Shown: positions 1 through 10,444, numbered from the stretch's first letter. The stretch: DNA of 64,000 bases from a virus (IMGVR_UViG_3300028569_000023:22036-86035), one strand, 5' to 3'. The notes: generated by a model not told the origin, from the sequence alone. Numbers and translations: made by a program.

Positions 1-237
1 AAAGCATCGAGCGTACATTCGGTTGGATATTAGGAATCAGCGTTACTAGTATTGTAGTATTTGCTGCAATATTATTTGCGTCATTCGTAATTGAAGAAGT
101 TACAGGATACAAAGTTAAAAGCTATTTTGTTTCTAAGGAGAACCAATGATCGGTTTATTTCTTTGTATCTTTCTAACTCTTTTCGTGCTAGTGTTAGGAA
201 CAATGGGCGGCGGAAATAACAAGGGAGGACCGAACTG

Positions 238-852
238 GTGACACCTACTTATTTAGCACTAGACGTTGAATCCGGAGGATTGGACCATAACGTTACCAGC
301 GTTTTGGAATACTATTTCATTGTTCTAGACGAGAACTTTAATGAATTAGCAAATCTGCATCTTCTAACAAAACCCGACGATGGTATTTATGCGTTAAACG
401 CTAAAGCTATGGAGGTTAATCGTATTAACCTTATAGAACACGATAAAGTGGCGGTCTTCGAAAGAGAAGCGAAAACTAAGCTATACCAGTTTCTAGATTC
501 CAATACTAACCACGGCGAGCATAAACTCGTATGGGTTGGACATAACGTTGGATTCGATAGAGATGCCGTATACGCAAAGCTCTGTTCAAGAACTACTCTT
601 GATAAGTTCTGTAAATACTATACGCTCGATACCGGGACTGTTTCTCAGTTCCTGAGATTCGCTAATCTTTTACCATTAGATGTAACAAGTTCGCTAGGAG
701 CATTGATTGAACACTTCGGAGTTCAGGGTGTTAACAGTCACAAAGCTGAAGATGATATTAGGGTAACAATTGAAGTGCTAAAAGCTATGTCAGACCGCGT
801 TAAAATGGCAGGACTTTATAGAGCACTACACGATGAGCAAGCTTATGGATGA
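238..852 (+). CDS. DEDDh 3'-5' exonuclease (DnaQ/oligoribonuclease-like)
   Basis: ExoI LALDVESGG, ExoII GHNVGFD, ExoIII HKAEDD. Confidence 0.9.
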   Translation: MTPTYLALDVESGGLDHNVTSVLEYYFIVLDENFNELANLHLLTKPDDGIYALNAKAMEVNRINLIEHDKVAVFEREAKTKLYQFLDSNTNHGEHKLVWVGHNVGFDRDAVYAKLCSRTTLDKFCKYYTLDTGTVSQFLRFANLLPLDVTSSLGALIEHFGVQGVNSHKAEDDIRVTIEVLKAMSDRVKMAGLYRALHDEQAYG

Positions 853-1633
853 TAAAATCATAGTAATAGCGGATATTCACGGGGACTATAAGAAACTAAT
901 GCAGGTAATGCGTCGTCTTTACAAAAAAGGACTTCGCTTTAAAGGAACGAATAACGTACTGATCCAACTCGGAGATCGCGTCGATAGGGGACCGGATAGT
1001 TACCGAGTTAACGGATTCTTTCTAAGACTACAAAAACGATATCCTTCACAAATCCAACTGATTTACGGCAATCATGAGGACATGATGAAACAAGCAGCGT
1101 CGAGTGGTATTAACGATCATAATCACATCTTCTATTATAACGGCGGAGATAAGACTCTAAAGAGTTACGCTAGAGCTACTAAAGAGTACGGAAAGAATCG
1201 CTTGTATCATTCAATCGTTAAAGCTGGACATTGGGATTTACTGGCAGATCCGGTTTTGTATATCGAGACGAATGACTATTTCTTTTGCCATGCTCCGATT
1301 CCGAAAATGGAATACCGTCAAGGATTAGCAGCATTAGCGCCCGATGCATTCCTTCGCGATAAAGATACTCTTATTTGGAGTTATGTTCATAACGATACTT
1401 CGGTTTGGGTAGATCCTGATCTTTTCAACGGAAAGATTTGTGTGTACGGACATGTTCACGGTTTACATCGTAATCCTATTACGGATGAGTATCAAACATC
1501 TGTTCGTAAATACGGAAATGCTATTCTATTAGATACAGGCTGTGGATGCCACTCGGATGCCGTTTTGACTTCTCTAATTCTTCCCGATTTAACCACGCTC
1601 GATAACGAAGGAAAAGAAGAACAATTAGTTTGA
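833..1633 (+). CDS. Calcineurin-like metallophosphoesterase, lambda NinI-like Ser/Thr protein phosphatase
   Basis: ADIHG, LGDRVDRG, GNHE, GHVH and DTGC motifs. Confidence 0.88.
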   Translation: MSKLMDDKIIVIADIHGDYKKLMQVMRRLYKKGLRFKGTNNVLIQLGDRVDRGPDSYRVNGFFLRLQKRYPSQIQLIYGNHEDMMKQAASSGINDHNHIFYYNGGDKTLKSYARATKEYGKNRLYHSIVKAGHWDLLADPVLYIETNDYFFCHAPIPKMEYRQGLAALAPDAFLRDKDTLIWSYVHNDTSVWVDPDLFNGKICVYGHVHGLHRNPITDEYQTSVRKYGNAILLDTGCGCHSDAVLTSLILPDLTTLDNEGKEEQLV

Positions 1634-1658
1634 CTTTTTCTATATCCTATTGTATAAT
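1630..1658 (+). promoter_or_regulatory. sigma70-type promoter, leaderless thyX transcript
   Basis: TTGACT (1630-1635), 17-nt spacer, TATAAT (1653-1658); ATG at 1665. Confidence 0.75.
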
Positions 1659-1664
1659 AGCGGT

Positions 1665-2360
1665 ATGGACCAAATCAAATTAGAACTTCAAGGTGTTTTC
1701 GGTAACGATAAGCAGATCGCAGAAGCGGCTTGGACATCAAGTACTACCTACGAAGGTAAAGAACTGAAAAACGAATCAGACGTTTCGCGAGTAGTGAATA
1801 TGCTCGCTGATTCGAAACACTCCGTACCATTCGAGAGTGTCGTATTTCGTTTCTGGATGAAAATTCCAATCACCACCGATAGACAAGTAGTAACGCATAG
1901 AATTGCTTCGCATTCCGGAATGAGTGGTCGGTATCGCACAATGCCAGATGAGTTCCTGGAAATGCCTATGGACGTTTTGGATATTCTATATAAGGGACTA
2001 GGAACCGTTCAGTCTCTTTTTTTCGAACAGTCTTATCAGAAACTGGCACAAGAAGCTAATTGGATGTACCGTGAACTACTAACGGAACTTAAAGAAGTAG
2101 AACAAAAGGGAATTCTTACGAATACTGAGTATAAGCGTGCTCGTGAATTCTATCGTGGTATTCTGCCACAAAATAACATGACAGAACGAGTAACCGTTAT
2201 TAATCTTCGAAGCTTTGCTAATTTCGTTAAGCTTCGTGATAAGCCTGAAGCGCAGCCTGAAATCCGGTACTTAGCTCAGTTAATGCTGGACGCTGTAAAA
2301 GCATCTAATACTTGCCCGATTGCGCTCGCCGCGCTCGAACGAAATAACTGGAGCATCTAA
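1665..2360 (+). CDS. thyX: FAD-dependent thymidylate synthase
   Basis: HSVPFE, ThyX-like motif THRIASHSGMSGRY, NLRSFANFVKLR...AQPEIR; start moved to ATG 1665 downstream of the -10 box. Confidence 0.92.
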   Translation: MDQIKLELQGVFGNDKQIAEAAWTSSTTYEGKELKNESDVSRVVNMLADSKHSVPFESVVFRFWMKIPITTDRQVVTHRIASHSGMSGRYRTMPDEFLEMPMDVLDILYKGLGTVQSLFFEQSYQKLAQEANWMYRELLTELKEVEQKGILTNTEYKRAREFYRGILPQNNMTERVTVINLRSFANFVKLRDKPEAQPEIRYLAQLMLDAVKASNTCPIALAALERNNWSI

Positions 2361-2863
2361 TGTATAAAGTTTGGAAAACATCATCAATCGATAATCGTTA
2401 TGAAGTTTCTAATTACGGAGAAGTTCGTAATATTAAAACTCAACGTAAACTAACCCCTTATGGCGCGTCGCGTTATAGCAAATACGTATATATTGGAAAC
2501 AAAGCTCGTAATATCGAATACGTTATTTCTTTGGAATTCAACCTTCACGAAAGACACCAAGATTCAGCGGTTAACGTTAATAACGAATCTAAACTAGCTA
2601 AGAACTTGACTCCTTGTACTCGTTCTGAAAGAACTTCGGTTAACATGAAAAAAGTATGGGCTAAACGGAATGCTCGAAAAGGACGTACTTTAGTCGGAGC
2701 TTATAAGAACCTAATCAAAGGGTCTAAAAAACCGTACAGGGCGATGATTAAACATCTTAATAAACTTACGACTATTGGATATTACAATACAAAAAAAGAA
2801 GCACATCTTGCTTTTAAAGCTAAGCACTTAGAACTATTCGGATTCGAACACGGAAGTATCTAA
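2360..2863 (+). CDS. NUMOD4 / degenerate HNH / AP2-like homing-endonuclease-derived protein
   Basis: N-terminal WK...YEVSNYGEVRN (NUMOD4); C-terminal YRAMIK...IGYYNTKKEAHLAF (AP2-like); HNH His residues not evident. Confidence 0.7.
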   Translation: MYKVWKTSSIDNRYEVSNYGEVRNIKTQRKLTPYGASRYSKYVYIGNKARNIEYVISLEFNLHERHQDSAVNVNNESKLAKNLTPCTRSERTSVNMKKVWAKRNARKGRTLVGAYKNLIKGSKKPYRAMIKHLNKLTTIGYYNTKKEAHLAFKAKHLELFGFEHGSI

Positions 2864-3879
2864 TGAGCATCCGTTTATCAAAAACCGCCGTTGAGATGTA
2901 TCAACAGTGCGGGATGAAATACAAGCTTCACTATATCGACAAGTGGCGCTCAAAGCTTTTAGACAGTCCGTTGTTCTTCGGATCGGCTATTGACGAAGCG
3001 TTGAATTGTTTGCTCATTACAAAGAAAAAGACACTAATCGGAGACGAGGTTAAATTCTTAGGTAAAGATCCACGTATTCTATTTTACGAATCGTTTAAGT
3101 TCGTTAAGGTACTAGACGATAGAGTAGACATTCGGTTTAGTGAGTTAGCTCGTTATTCAGCGGCTGATATCGATCTGGACATTCTATTAGACGAGGACTT
3201 GGATTATATCCTGAAACATAACCCATCTAAAGAAATTGAGCTTGTAAAAGAGAACGTCGTCGGTTTTATCGAAGAATGTCAAGCTGTTCGTAAAGAGAAG
3301 GGAATGCTGGAACTTCCGGAGTTTAAGCTTTACAACCTCTGTGCGTGGACTAGTCTTTACCGAAAAGGACTTATGCTTATCGAAGCGTATGAAAAGAACA
3401 TCATGCCTGAAATCGTTGAAGTTCATGACATCCAAAAACTAGTACATCTTCCTAACGAACAAGGCGATCATATTACCGGATTTATTGACTTTACCGCTAC
3501 ATTTAAAGACGGCGTTAAAAGGGTCATGGATAACAAAACGAGCAGTCAGCGATATACTCAGCAAGATATTCTTGACTCGCAGCAGCTTTCTATTTATACT
3601 GAATATGAAAGCAACAAACAGTGCGGGTTCGCTGTTCTGGAAAAGAAGATTAGAAAGAAAGAACCAAGGGTTAGAACTGAGTTAGTTTTTGGAGAAGTAT
3701 CAGATGCTCAAGTCGAGAAACACTTCGAAGCTATCGATTCGGTTTTGACGAACGTTAAGAATGGCGTGTTTGAGAAGAACGAGAAGTCATGTTTTCTATA
3801 TGGAAAACCTTGCCCGTTCTACGATGCGTGCATGAAGAACGATTTTAGTCATTTAGTAAATACTAAGGAGAAGAAATGA
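2863..3879 (+). CDS. PD-(D/E)XK exonuclease, Cas4/RecB-like with Fe-S cysteines
   Basis: LSKT..QC..KY, GFID, DNKT, QLSIY and C-terminal C-x6-C-x5-C. Confidence 0.85.
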   Translation: MSIRLSKTAVEMYQQCGMKYKLHYIDKWRSKLLDSPLFFGSAIDEALNCLLITKKKTLIGDEVKFLGKDPRILFYESFKFVKVLDDRVDIRFSELARYSAADIDLDILLDEDLDYILKHNPSKEIELVKENVVGFIEECQAVRKEKGMLELPEFKLYNLCAWTSLYRKGLMLIEAYEKNIMPEIVEVHDIQKLVHLPNEQGDHITGFIDFTATFKDGVKRVMDNKTSSQRYTQQDILDSQQLSIYTEYESNKQCGFAVLEKKIRKKEPRVRTELVFGEVSDAQVEKHFEAIDSVLTNVKNGVFEKNEKSCFLYGKPCPFYDACMKNDFSHLVNTKEKK

Positions 3880-4013
3880 AACGACTTTTTGTACTAATGA
3901 GTCCTAGCGGTGAACTGAGTCTTTGGGTTCAACAAAACGGAGAATATGTCCCTGTCGAAGGAAACAGCGAAGAAGACGGTCGTTACGAAATGCTAGGATC
4001 TTGGGAGGAATAA

Positions 4014-4300
4014 TGATTACAGCTAAAGAAGCAAAAGCTAATTCACAATTGGCGTCACAACCTGCACCTATTCCTGTTATTCTAGAAGCAATTGAATACA
4101 GAATACGAGATGCTGCTCAAAAAGGTAGAACTGAGGTAGAAGTAACGCCTAGTACTACTCCTGCTATCAATAATTATTTTATATTAGAAAATCTTCAATA
4201 TCTCAATAAACTAGTAGAAGAATTACAATCTTTAGGATATAGCGTAACTTTAAATTCAGTCGCTATTATCACATATGGTATTGTGGTGAGTTGGAAATGA
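4014..4300 (+). CDS. hypothetical protein
   Basis: ATG after GGAGG; MITAKEAK... start preferred over the track start at 3923. Confidence 0.6.
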
Positions 4301-4728
4301 AACAATCAGTCGTTATTCTAGTAGGAACTCCGGGATCGGGAAAATCAACGCTCGCTAAAGAGTTCACCGATCATGTTCGTATTTCGCAGGATGTTCTAGG
4401 ATCTCGCCAGAATTGCATTAACGAGTGTCATAAGCATCTATCTTCGGGAAAGTCCGTGATTATCGATAGAACTAATATCAATCGTCAGCAGCGAGGATAC
4501 TGGACAAATATCGCTAATTACTATGGAATTACGAATGTTCATTGTATTGTCTTGGAATTAGATCCAGAAGAATGCATTCACCGTATTTCGCATAGAGTAG
4601 GACATGAAACTATCTCGGAACATTTAAGCATTGACGAGAAGAGAAAGATCGTGTATAATTTTCATAAATCGTTCGAGATGCCAAGTCTCAACGAAGGATT
4701 TAAAACAATCACGATTACAAAAGGATGA
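4297..4728 (+). CDS. P-loop kinase, polynucleotide-kinase/AAA_33-like
   Basis: GTPGSGKST, RISQDVLG, VIIDRTN, PSLNEGF as in the PNKP kinase domain. Confidence 0.8.
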   Translation: MKQSVVILVGTPGSGKSTLAKEFTDHVRISQDVLGSRQNCINECHKHLSSGKSVIIDRTNINRQQRGYWTNIANYYGITNVHCIVLELDPEECIHRISHRVGHETISEHLSIDEKRKIVYNFHKSFEMPSLNEGFKTITITKG

Positions 4729-4732
4729 ACAA

Positions 4733-5014
4733 ATGAGTAAGAAACAAAAATCAATTGAAGATCTAATTTTGGAGGCAGCGACTCCGAAACAGGAGGAAAA
4801 AGAGCCACAAGTAGTACTTCCTGTTAATTTAACAGAAACAGCACTAGGAATCGCAAAAGATCCCTTGACAGGGAAGTGGAATGTGGTTACAATCAAATTC
4901 GACCCTGAAACACGGACAGCGGGTCCTGTCGAAATGAAGGAAGAAGAAGATCGTCAGATCGCAGTTGAACGTTTTAAGATTTACGCAGCTAACGATATTT
5001 TAACGCTTAAATAA
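4733..5014 (+). CDS. hypothetical protein
   Basis: ORF from MSKKQK after AAGGA. Confidence 0.55.
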   Translation: MSKKQKSIEDLILEAATPKQEEKEPQVVLPVNLTETALGIAKDPLTGKWNVVTIKFDPETRTAGPVEMKEEEDRQIAVERFKIYAANDILTLK

Positions 5015-5022
5015 GGAGATAC

Positions 5023-5601
5023 ATGAAAAACGTCCTAAAGAAACTACTTAAAGTTAAATCCGAGATGGGATCTGTAGCTAAAAGCTCAGATAATCCTTTC
5101 TTTAAATCCAAATACGCAGACCTTAATGCGCATTTGCAACTAGTAGAACCTCTCTTGGAAAAGAATGGTCTACTTCTTCTTCAACCTGTCGAGTCAGATG
5201 AACGAGGTGATAAAGTTGTAACTCGTATTCTCGATTCGGAATCAGGTGAGGAAGTTCGCTCTGAAATGCATCTAGTTCTTGTAAAAGAAGATATGCAACA
5301 AAAAGGGGCAGCGGTTACATACGCTCGTCGATTCACGCTAGGATCGCTTCTTGCGCTTCAAGCCGAAGATGACGACGGTGAGACAGCATCCGGTCGCGGT
5401 AAATCAGCACCTAGAGCATCGTTTAGTCCTGGGCCGAACGTGGCTAGTACACAGAAGATGGTAGCGGATAAACCAGTGGAAGCTCCTGCTGCTAAAACAT
5501 CATTATTCCGTAAAACAGTAAAACCTAGCGCTCCTGTTTCGGTTCAACCTGCTAAAGTATCAGCACCTGCCGAATCATCTGAAGAAGAAAGTTGGGAATA
5601 A
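5023..5601 (+). CDS. erf: ERF-family single-strand annealing protein
   Basis: NPFFKSKYADL and GAAVTYARRF..A.EDDDG signature. Confidence 0.9.
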   Translation: MKNVLKKLLKVKSEMGSVAKSSDNPFFKSKYADLNAHLQLVEPLLEKNGLLLLQPVESDERGDKVVTRILDSESGEEVRSEMHLVLVKEDMQQKGAAVTYARRFTLGSLLALQAEDDDGETASGRGKSAPRASFSPGPNVASTQKMVADKPVEAPAAKTSLFRKTVKPSAPVSVQPAKVSAPAESSEEESWE

Positions 5602-5603
5602 AT

Positions 5604-6026
5604 ATGACAAGCGTACTACCTCCTGAAGCTCTCGAAGCGTTGCAACAAATGCAAGCTCGCGATGCTGAAGTTACAGAAACAGTTAACGTAGAAGAAGCTA
5701 AACAAGTACTAGATGAAGCAACGAGTGCCGAACAACGAGCTACTCCTGAAGAAATCGCAGCGCAGCTTCTACATTTCTATACTCCGGTTTATAATAACCT
5801 AGTGGCGCAATTAAGCTCTAAAGCGATGCGTAGGCTCTTAAATAAGCTTATCGAGTATCCGCTTAATACTAAGAAGTACGATTCAACTAGTCCTGCTGAG
5901 GGACAAGCGTTCGCTGTAGGTCTACGACTTCTAGAAGCTAAACACGTTCTAATCATGAGCACATACGCTCAAAACATTGACAATCTAACCCAGGAACAGA
6001 AAGAACAAGGAGAATCAAATGGCTAA
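5604..6026 (+). CDS. hypothetical protein
   Basis: ORF packed in the operon. Confidence 0.6.
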   Translation: MTSVLPPEALEALQQMQARDAEVTETVNVEEAKQVLDEATSAEQRATPEEIAAQLLHFYTPVYNNLVAQLSSKAMRRLLNKLIEYPLNTKKYDSTSPAEGQAFAVGLRLLEAKHVLIMSTYAQNIDNLTQEQKEQGESNG

Positions 6027-6285
6027 AAAGAAACGTAACGTTGTCGGAGAAGTACTTAAGAGTAAAGAACAAGGTAAAGCTCCGTATATTAAAATCAAGA
6101 AAGATGTAACTCTTTCAGCAGGACAGAGCATTTCGCTTGAGAGCAAAAAGAAGCAGCTAGAAAGTCTAGCGCAAGCTGTCGCTGACGGTAAACTTGGCGG
6201 AGATATGGCAGCCGAGATCCAGGAACGTCTAGAGAAGATTCCTAATTTCGTTATGTACCAAATGATCGTTCTCGAAGACGTCTAA
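6019..6285 (+). CDS. hypothetical protein
   Basis: AGGAG RBS; overlaps the upstream stop. Confidence 0.6.
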   Translation: MAKKKRNVVGEVLKSKEQGKAPYIKIKKDVTLSAGQSISLESKKKQLESLAQAVADGKLGGDMAAEIQERLEKIPNFVMYQMIVLEDV

Positions 6286-6300
6286 ACAATAACCTACTAC

Positions 6301-6334
6301 CCTGTTACATTATGTTAGAGCGTAGTGTAACAGG
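6301..6334 (+). other. 14-bp stem-loop upstream of the primase-helicase
   Basis: CCTGTTACATTATG-ttagag-CGTAGTGTAACAGG with two G-U pairs on the + strand; no U tract. Confidence 0.6.
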
Positions 6335-6354
6335 TATCTCCTAAAAGGGTTACA

Positions 6355-8295
6355 ATGAGTAAGTATGTCCGTTTAACAAAGGGTCTAGCATCCAAGGGTC
6401 AACTCGTAAAAGAAGAAGAAGTATACGATGTAATCGGTAGTCAAATCGATTCAGACTGGTATCAATCTGCTTTCTATTACAATCAAGAACAATATGAGAA
6501 GTTCACAAAGATAGGTTCAGTAAAAGGTCTAAAAGACGTTACCACTAATAAGATCTTCTTTGACTTAGATTCCAAAAAAAGCGTACACGATTCTAGGAAT
6601 TCAACGCTTAGAGTTATTGAACGTTTGAAATCACAAAACGGAGTAGATCCTAGTCATTTAGAGATCACGTTTAGCGGTAATAAAGGATTCGGAGTCGTAC
6701 TGACCGTTGATAAAGATCTAAATCCTCCTCAAGTTGCTGAAATTGCAACAAGAATCGCTGGAGATCTTGATGGTTTCGACCTTTCGATGTATGATCCTAA
6801 TCAGATTATACGCGTACCGTTCACTAAGCACCAGAAATCTGGCAAATACAAAATCCCGCTTACTTATTCAGATCTAAAAGATCTTTCTATCGATGCTATT
6901 TTCGATAAAGCTAAGGATCTATCGAATGTAAACAGCGAGATTACAGTTTCGGAAGTTCATCTTCCGGATAGTTTCTATACTTCCGATAAAAAGGAAGAAA
7001 AAATCAACAACATCCCGAAAGGGGCTAGAGAAATCCTAGCAAGGAAACCTAAACAGTGGCGCGATTCCAAATGGCTCATCCATGAAGGATTCTTCGAATC
7101 CGGAGAAAGACATCACGCTTTAATGGTTTTAGCGGCGACTCTAAAGGGCATGGGATATGATTCGGTATCGACCGGACATATGTGTAAAGCCGCCATTGAG
7201 AAACAAGCTATCCGTACAAAGAGCGATAAGTTCCCTAAAGAAGAACTTTGGGAAAACGTCATTGCTTCAGTATTCGATGAAGGATGGGAAGGTGGTCAAT
7301 ATTCTGTCGATAATGACCCTTGGCTTAAAAACTATGCTATCAATATGGGTGTTTTCGAGAACGACTCAAAGGAAGACGCTCCTAAACAGATCCGCGATAT
7401 TGAAGGTGAATTCACCGATTTTGTAATGAATATCGATGAGAACACAATTAAGACAGGTATTGAATGGTTAGATAAAGAAATGCCTTTAATTACAGGAGGT
7501 AATCTTGGAATTATAGGGGCAGCGAGTTCAGGAAAAACAGCCTTAGCTCTTGAAATCCTTAAGAATACATCGCAAGCCGGGGTGGTTTCAGTATTCGCAT
7601 CACTGGATATGCACCGTAAACGTCTTTATCAAAAGCTATTACATAAAGTATCAGGCGGTATGAGCAGGGATGAAATTTACGAGCTATATCGAGCAGGTAG
7701 AGGTCACGAGGTTTCGGATGCTATCGCTAGAGATTACGGTAACGTATGGTTTTTCGATAGAAGCGCTCCGACTGTTTCTGATATTAGAGAATATGTTCTA
7801 AACGTAGAGAAGAAAACAGGCAAGAAAGTAAAGCTATTGATGGTCGATTACTTCGAACGTGTCAATTCCAATAAGTCAGAAGATACAGCGGCTAGTAAAG
7901 AAGTAGCTGGTCAATTGCAAGACATCGTTAATGATTTGGACATCTGTTTAATTACGTTGGTTCAACCTAACAAGTTCTCACTTAATGGAGGCCCGGATAG
8001 TCCTATTCTCTCATATACAGCGATTAAAGGTTCATCGTTCATGTACCAAGCGTTCCGTAGTATCGTATCGATCTGGCGTCCTTTTTTCAATCCTGAAACA
8101 GCAGATCGTGATAACTACATGGAAATGGCAATCTTAAAAAACGACCTAGGTGAGGTAGGGAAGAACACGTTTGGTTGGACTGGGAAAACAGGCGATATCT
8201 ATAACTTAACAGCTTCCGAAAAAGAAACGTTTAAAGCATTACTGAAGGAACGCCAAGATGAGAAAAAAGAAAACAAGTCCGAAGAATGGTCATGA
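6355..8295 (+). CDS. AEP primase (PrimPol) fused to DnaB-like SF4 helicase
   Basis: FFDLD, FSGNKG, D...IRVP, GERH (PriCT-like); Walker A GAASSGKT, LLMVDYF, LVQPN. Confidence 0.88.
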   Translation: MSKYVRLTKGLASKGQLVKEEEVYDVIGSQIDSDWYQSAFYYNQEQYEKFTKIGSVKGLKDVTTNKIFFDLDSKKSVHDSRNSTLRVIERLKSQNGVDPSHLEITFSGNKGFGVVLTVDKDLNPPQVAEIATRIAGDLDGFDLSMYDPNQIIRVPFTKHQKSGKYKIPLTYSDLKDLSIDAIFDKAKDLSNVNSEITVSEVHLPDSFYTSDKKEEKINNIPKGAREILARKPKQWRDSKWLIHEGFFESGERHHALMVLAATLKGMGYDSVSTGHMCKAAIEKQAIRTKSDKFPKEELWENVIASVFDEGWEGGQYSVDNDPWLKNYAINMGVFENDSKEDAPKQIRDIEGEFTDFVMNIDENTIKTGIEWLDKEMPLITGGNLGIIGAASSGKTALALEILKNTSQAGVVSVFASLDMHRKRLYQKLLHKVSGGMSRDEIYELYRAGRGHEVSDAIARDYGNVWFFDRSAPTVSDIREYVLNVEKKTGKKVKLLMVDYFERVNSNKSEDTAASKEVAGQLQDIVNDLDICLITLVQPNKFSLNGGPDSPILSYTAIKGSSFMYQAFRSIVSIWRPFFNPETADRDNYMEMAILKNDLGEVGKNTFGWTGKTGDIYNLTASEKETFKALLKERQDEKKENKSEEWS

Positions 8296-8590
8296 TCTAT
8301 TCTTTGATATATTTATCGGAGAGTTTGTAGATATCATAACTAAAAGACGTTCTTCTAGGATTTCAGTAAACCCTGATACAGGAGAAACCGATCAAATAGA
8401 AATGCCTATGGTTATCTCAGGGTATTTACTAGACGAAGACGAGGTTTACTATTTCATAGGTGTTACTCCTAAAGAAGTATCAAATGCTGTTAAAAAAAGT
8501 ATAGTTGACCATGTAGGATTATCTAGTCCAGACGGGTTAAACATGGAAGAATTAGAATATCCTAAAACCCCAGTGGGCGAATTAAATTGA
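8258..8590 (+). CDS. hypothetical protein (Sm-like beta fold possible)
   Basis: ORF; pattern GYLLDEDEVYYFIG. Confidence 0.5.
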   Translation: MRKKKTSPKNGHDLFFDIFIGEFVDIITKRRSSRISVNPDTGETDQIEMPMVISGYLLDEDEVYYFIGVTPKEVSNAVKKSIVDHVGLSSPDGLNMEELEYPKTPVGELN

Positions 8591-8663
8591 CGTGGAGTTT
8601 AACATGTGGTATGCTACCTTTGTAGTCCTAGTTATTGTATTAATTTTACACGAGGGGTCCTAG

Positions 8664-8906
8664 ATGACAAACATAATTCCTGTAGAGTACTTTAAATTCC
8701 GTTCAGAGTTCAACACTATGAGTTATACCGAGCTTATGGCAGTATGGGCTGAGCAGTTCGAAAGTGGTTATTCTTGGAAATCTAAGCCTATCCAACAGTA
8801 TAAGCTTAAAGCGATGTTTGAGACGATCAAAAGTCGCAGCACTAATCCTGCCGTAAAGGATTTCATCAATAACCAATCTAAAGCACTGAACTTCGGAGAT
8901 ATTTAA
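8664..8906 (+). CDS. hypothetical protein
   Basis: GAGGGG RBS; TAATG coupling to the polymerase gene. Confidence 0.6.
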   Translation: MTNIIPVEYFKFRSEFNTMSYTELMAVWAEQFESGYSWKSKPIQQYKLKAMFETIKSRSTNPAVKDFINNQSKALNFGDI

Positions 8907-10444
8907 TGTCTACTGACATCCAGCGCATTATTCACGGTAAAGCCGGAATTAAGCACGTTGTCGGCATGAAAGTCGAAGAAGACGTTGCTAATATCTGGAC
9001 CGAGAAAGATGGAGTTGTAGAACATTTACAACTGAAGAATAAGTTCTGGCTTTTATCGAATAAACGAATCGCTCCGAATTGGACCAAACTAGAGGGTAAT
9101 TTGTATTACCAGTACGGCGCTCAGTTTTCAAAACGTTTAGATTTCACTAGAGCGAAATACCAGCTATCAAAATACGACTGCTATTCGATTATGAACCCGG
9201 AAGAGTCTTTCATGGTCAAAGACGGAGTTCGCTATTTTCTAGATTTAAAACCTAAAGAAGTTTCTATTCTATCTTTCGATATCGAGACGACGGGACTTTC
9301 TGTAAATGAAAACTCCAAGCTTTTACTGATCTCAAACACCTATCGCTGTGGAGATCGTATTGTCAAGAAGATGTTCGATTATACGGATTATGAATCATGT
9401 GGAGCAATGACAGAAGCATGGTGCGATTGGGTTAGAGAAATGAACCCTGCTATTATTTGTGGTCATAACATCATTCAGTTCGACTTGAAGTATCTACTCG
9501 ATTGTGCTAATAGAGACGGTACGCGTTTTGCCATTGGACGTGACGACAGGGAAACGACGCTAGATAGTTACACTACTAAGTTCCGCGTAGACGGATCTCG
9601 TAGTCAAGAAATCAATAGGTACGTGATCTTCGGACGTGAACTTTGTGATACAATGCTTTTAGCATTACGTTACGATATTGCCACTAAGAAATACGATAGC
9701 TATGGACTAAAGCAAATCATTAAAACCGAGAAGTTAGAAAAGGTCGATAGGCAATTCTATGACGCTTCACTTATTCGAGTGAACTATAAGAATCCTACCG
9801 AATGGGCTAAAATCAGAGAGTATTGTAAAGATGATGCAGATGATGCTCTGGCTCTTTTCGATCTTATGATTCCTTCGGCTTTTTATTGTGCTCAATCTAT
9901 TCCTAAAACATTTGGTAATACCCTAACATCGGCAACCGGGGGACAGATCAATTCCATGCTTGTCGGTGCGTATTTACAGGATAAGCATTCAATTCCTAAA
10001 ACTACTGAAACAAACGGATACGAGGGTGCTTTATCGGGAGGTAATCCTGGAATATACAGTCACGCAATCAAGGCCGACGTGCAGAGTTTGTATCCGTCCA
10101 TCATGCGTAACTATAAGATAGGATTAGGAAATAAAGACCCTAAGGGTGTTTTTATACAACTGACCGAGTATTTTACAGTAGAGAGATTGAAGAATAAAAA
10201 ACTAGCAAAAGAGACTGGAGATAAGTACTACGATGATCTTCAAAGCTCACAAAAAGTGTTTGCGAATTCTTTATACGGGTTCTGTGCCGCGCCTGGGCTT
10301 TCGTTTAATGCGCCCCAGTCTGCGTCTTTTATTACTAAAACAGGTAGAGATATTCTACTTAAAGCTATACAATTTACTTGCGGTCTAACTTCTGAACAGT
10401 TACAATCGGATGTAGAGGAAGAAGAACCAGTAGATGCGTGCTAA
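8906..10444 (+). CDS. Family B DNA polymerase, N-terminal subunit (exonuclease + motifs A and B)
   Basis: SFDIET, GHNIIQFD, YCKDD; motif A DVQSLYPS; motif B KVFANSLYG; ends before motif C. Confidence 0.92.
   Translation: MSTDIQRIIHGKAGIKHVVGMKVEEDVANIWTEKDGVVEHLQLKNKFWLLSNKRIAPNWTKLEGNLYYQYGAQFSKRLDFTRAKYQLSKYDCYSIMNPEESFMVKDGVRYFLDLKPKEVSILSFDIETTGLSVNENSKLLLISNTYRCGDRIVKKMFDYTDYESCGAMTEAWCDWVREMNPAIICGHNIIQFDLKYLLDCANRDGTRFAIGRDDRETTLDSYTTKFRVDGSRSQEINRYVIFGRELCDTMLLALRYDIATKKYDSYGLKQIIKTEKLEKVDRQFYDASLIRVNYKNPTEWAKIREYCKDDADDALALFDLMIPSAFYCAQSIPKTFGNTLTSATGGQINSMLVGAYLQDKHSIPKTTETNGYEGALSGGNPGIYSHAIKADVQSLYPSIMRNYKIGLGNKDPKGVFIQLTEYFTVERLKNKKLAKETGDKYYDDLQSSQKVFANSLYGFCAAPGLSFNAPQSASFITKTGRDILLKAIQFTCGLTSEQLQSDVEEEEPVDAC

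Noticed and set aside
2863-3879. CRISPR-Cas system (Cas4)
   Set aside because: Solo Cas4-like nucleases are common in phages; no repeat-spacer array or other cas genes seen
8604-8663. 19-aa hydrophobic ORF
   Set aside because: It overlaps a plausible sigma70 promoter (TTGACG 8587, TATGCT 8610) and is too short to support
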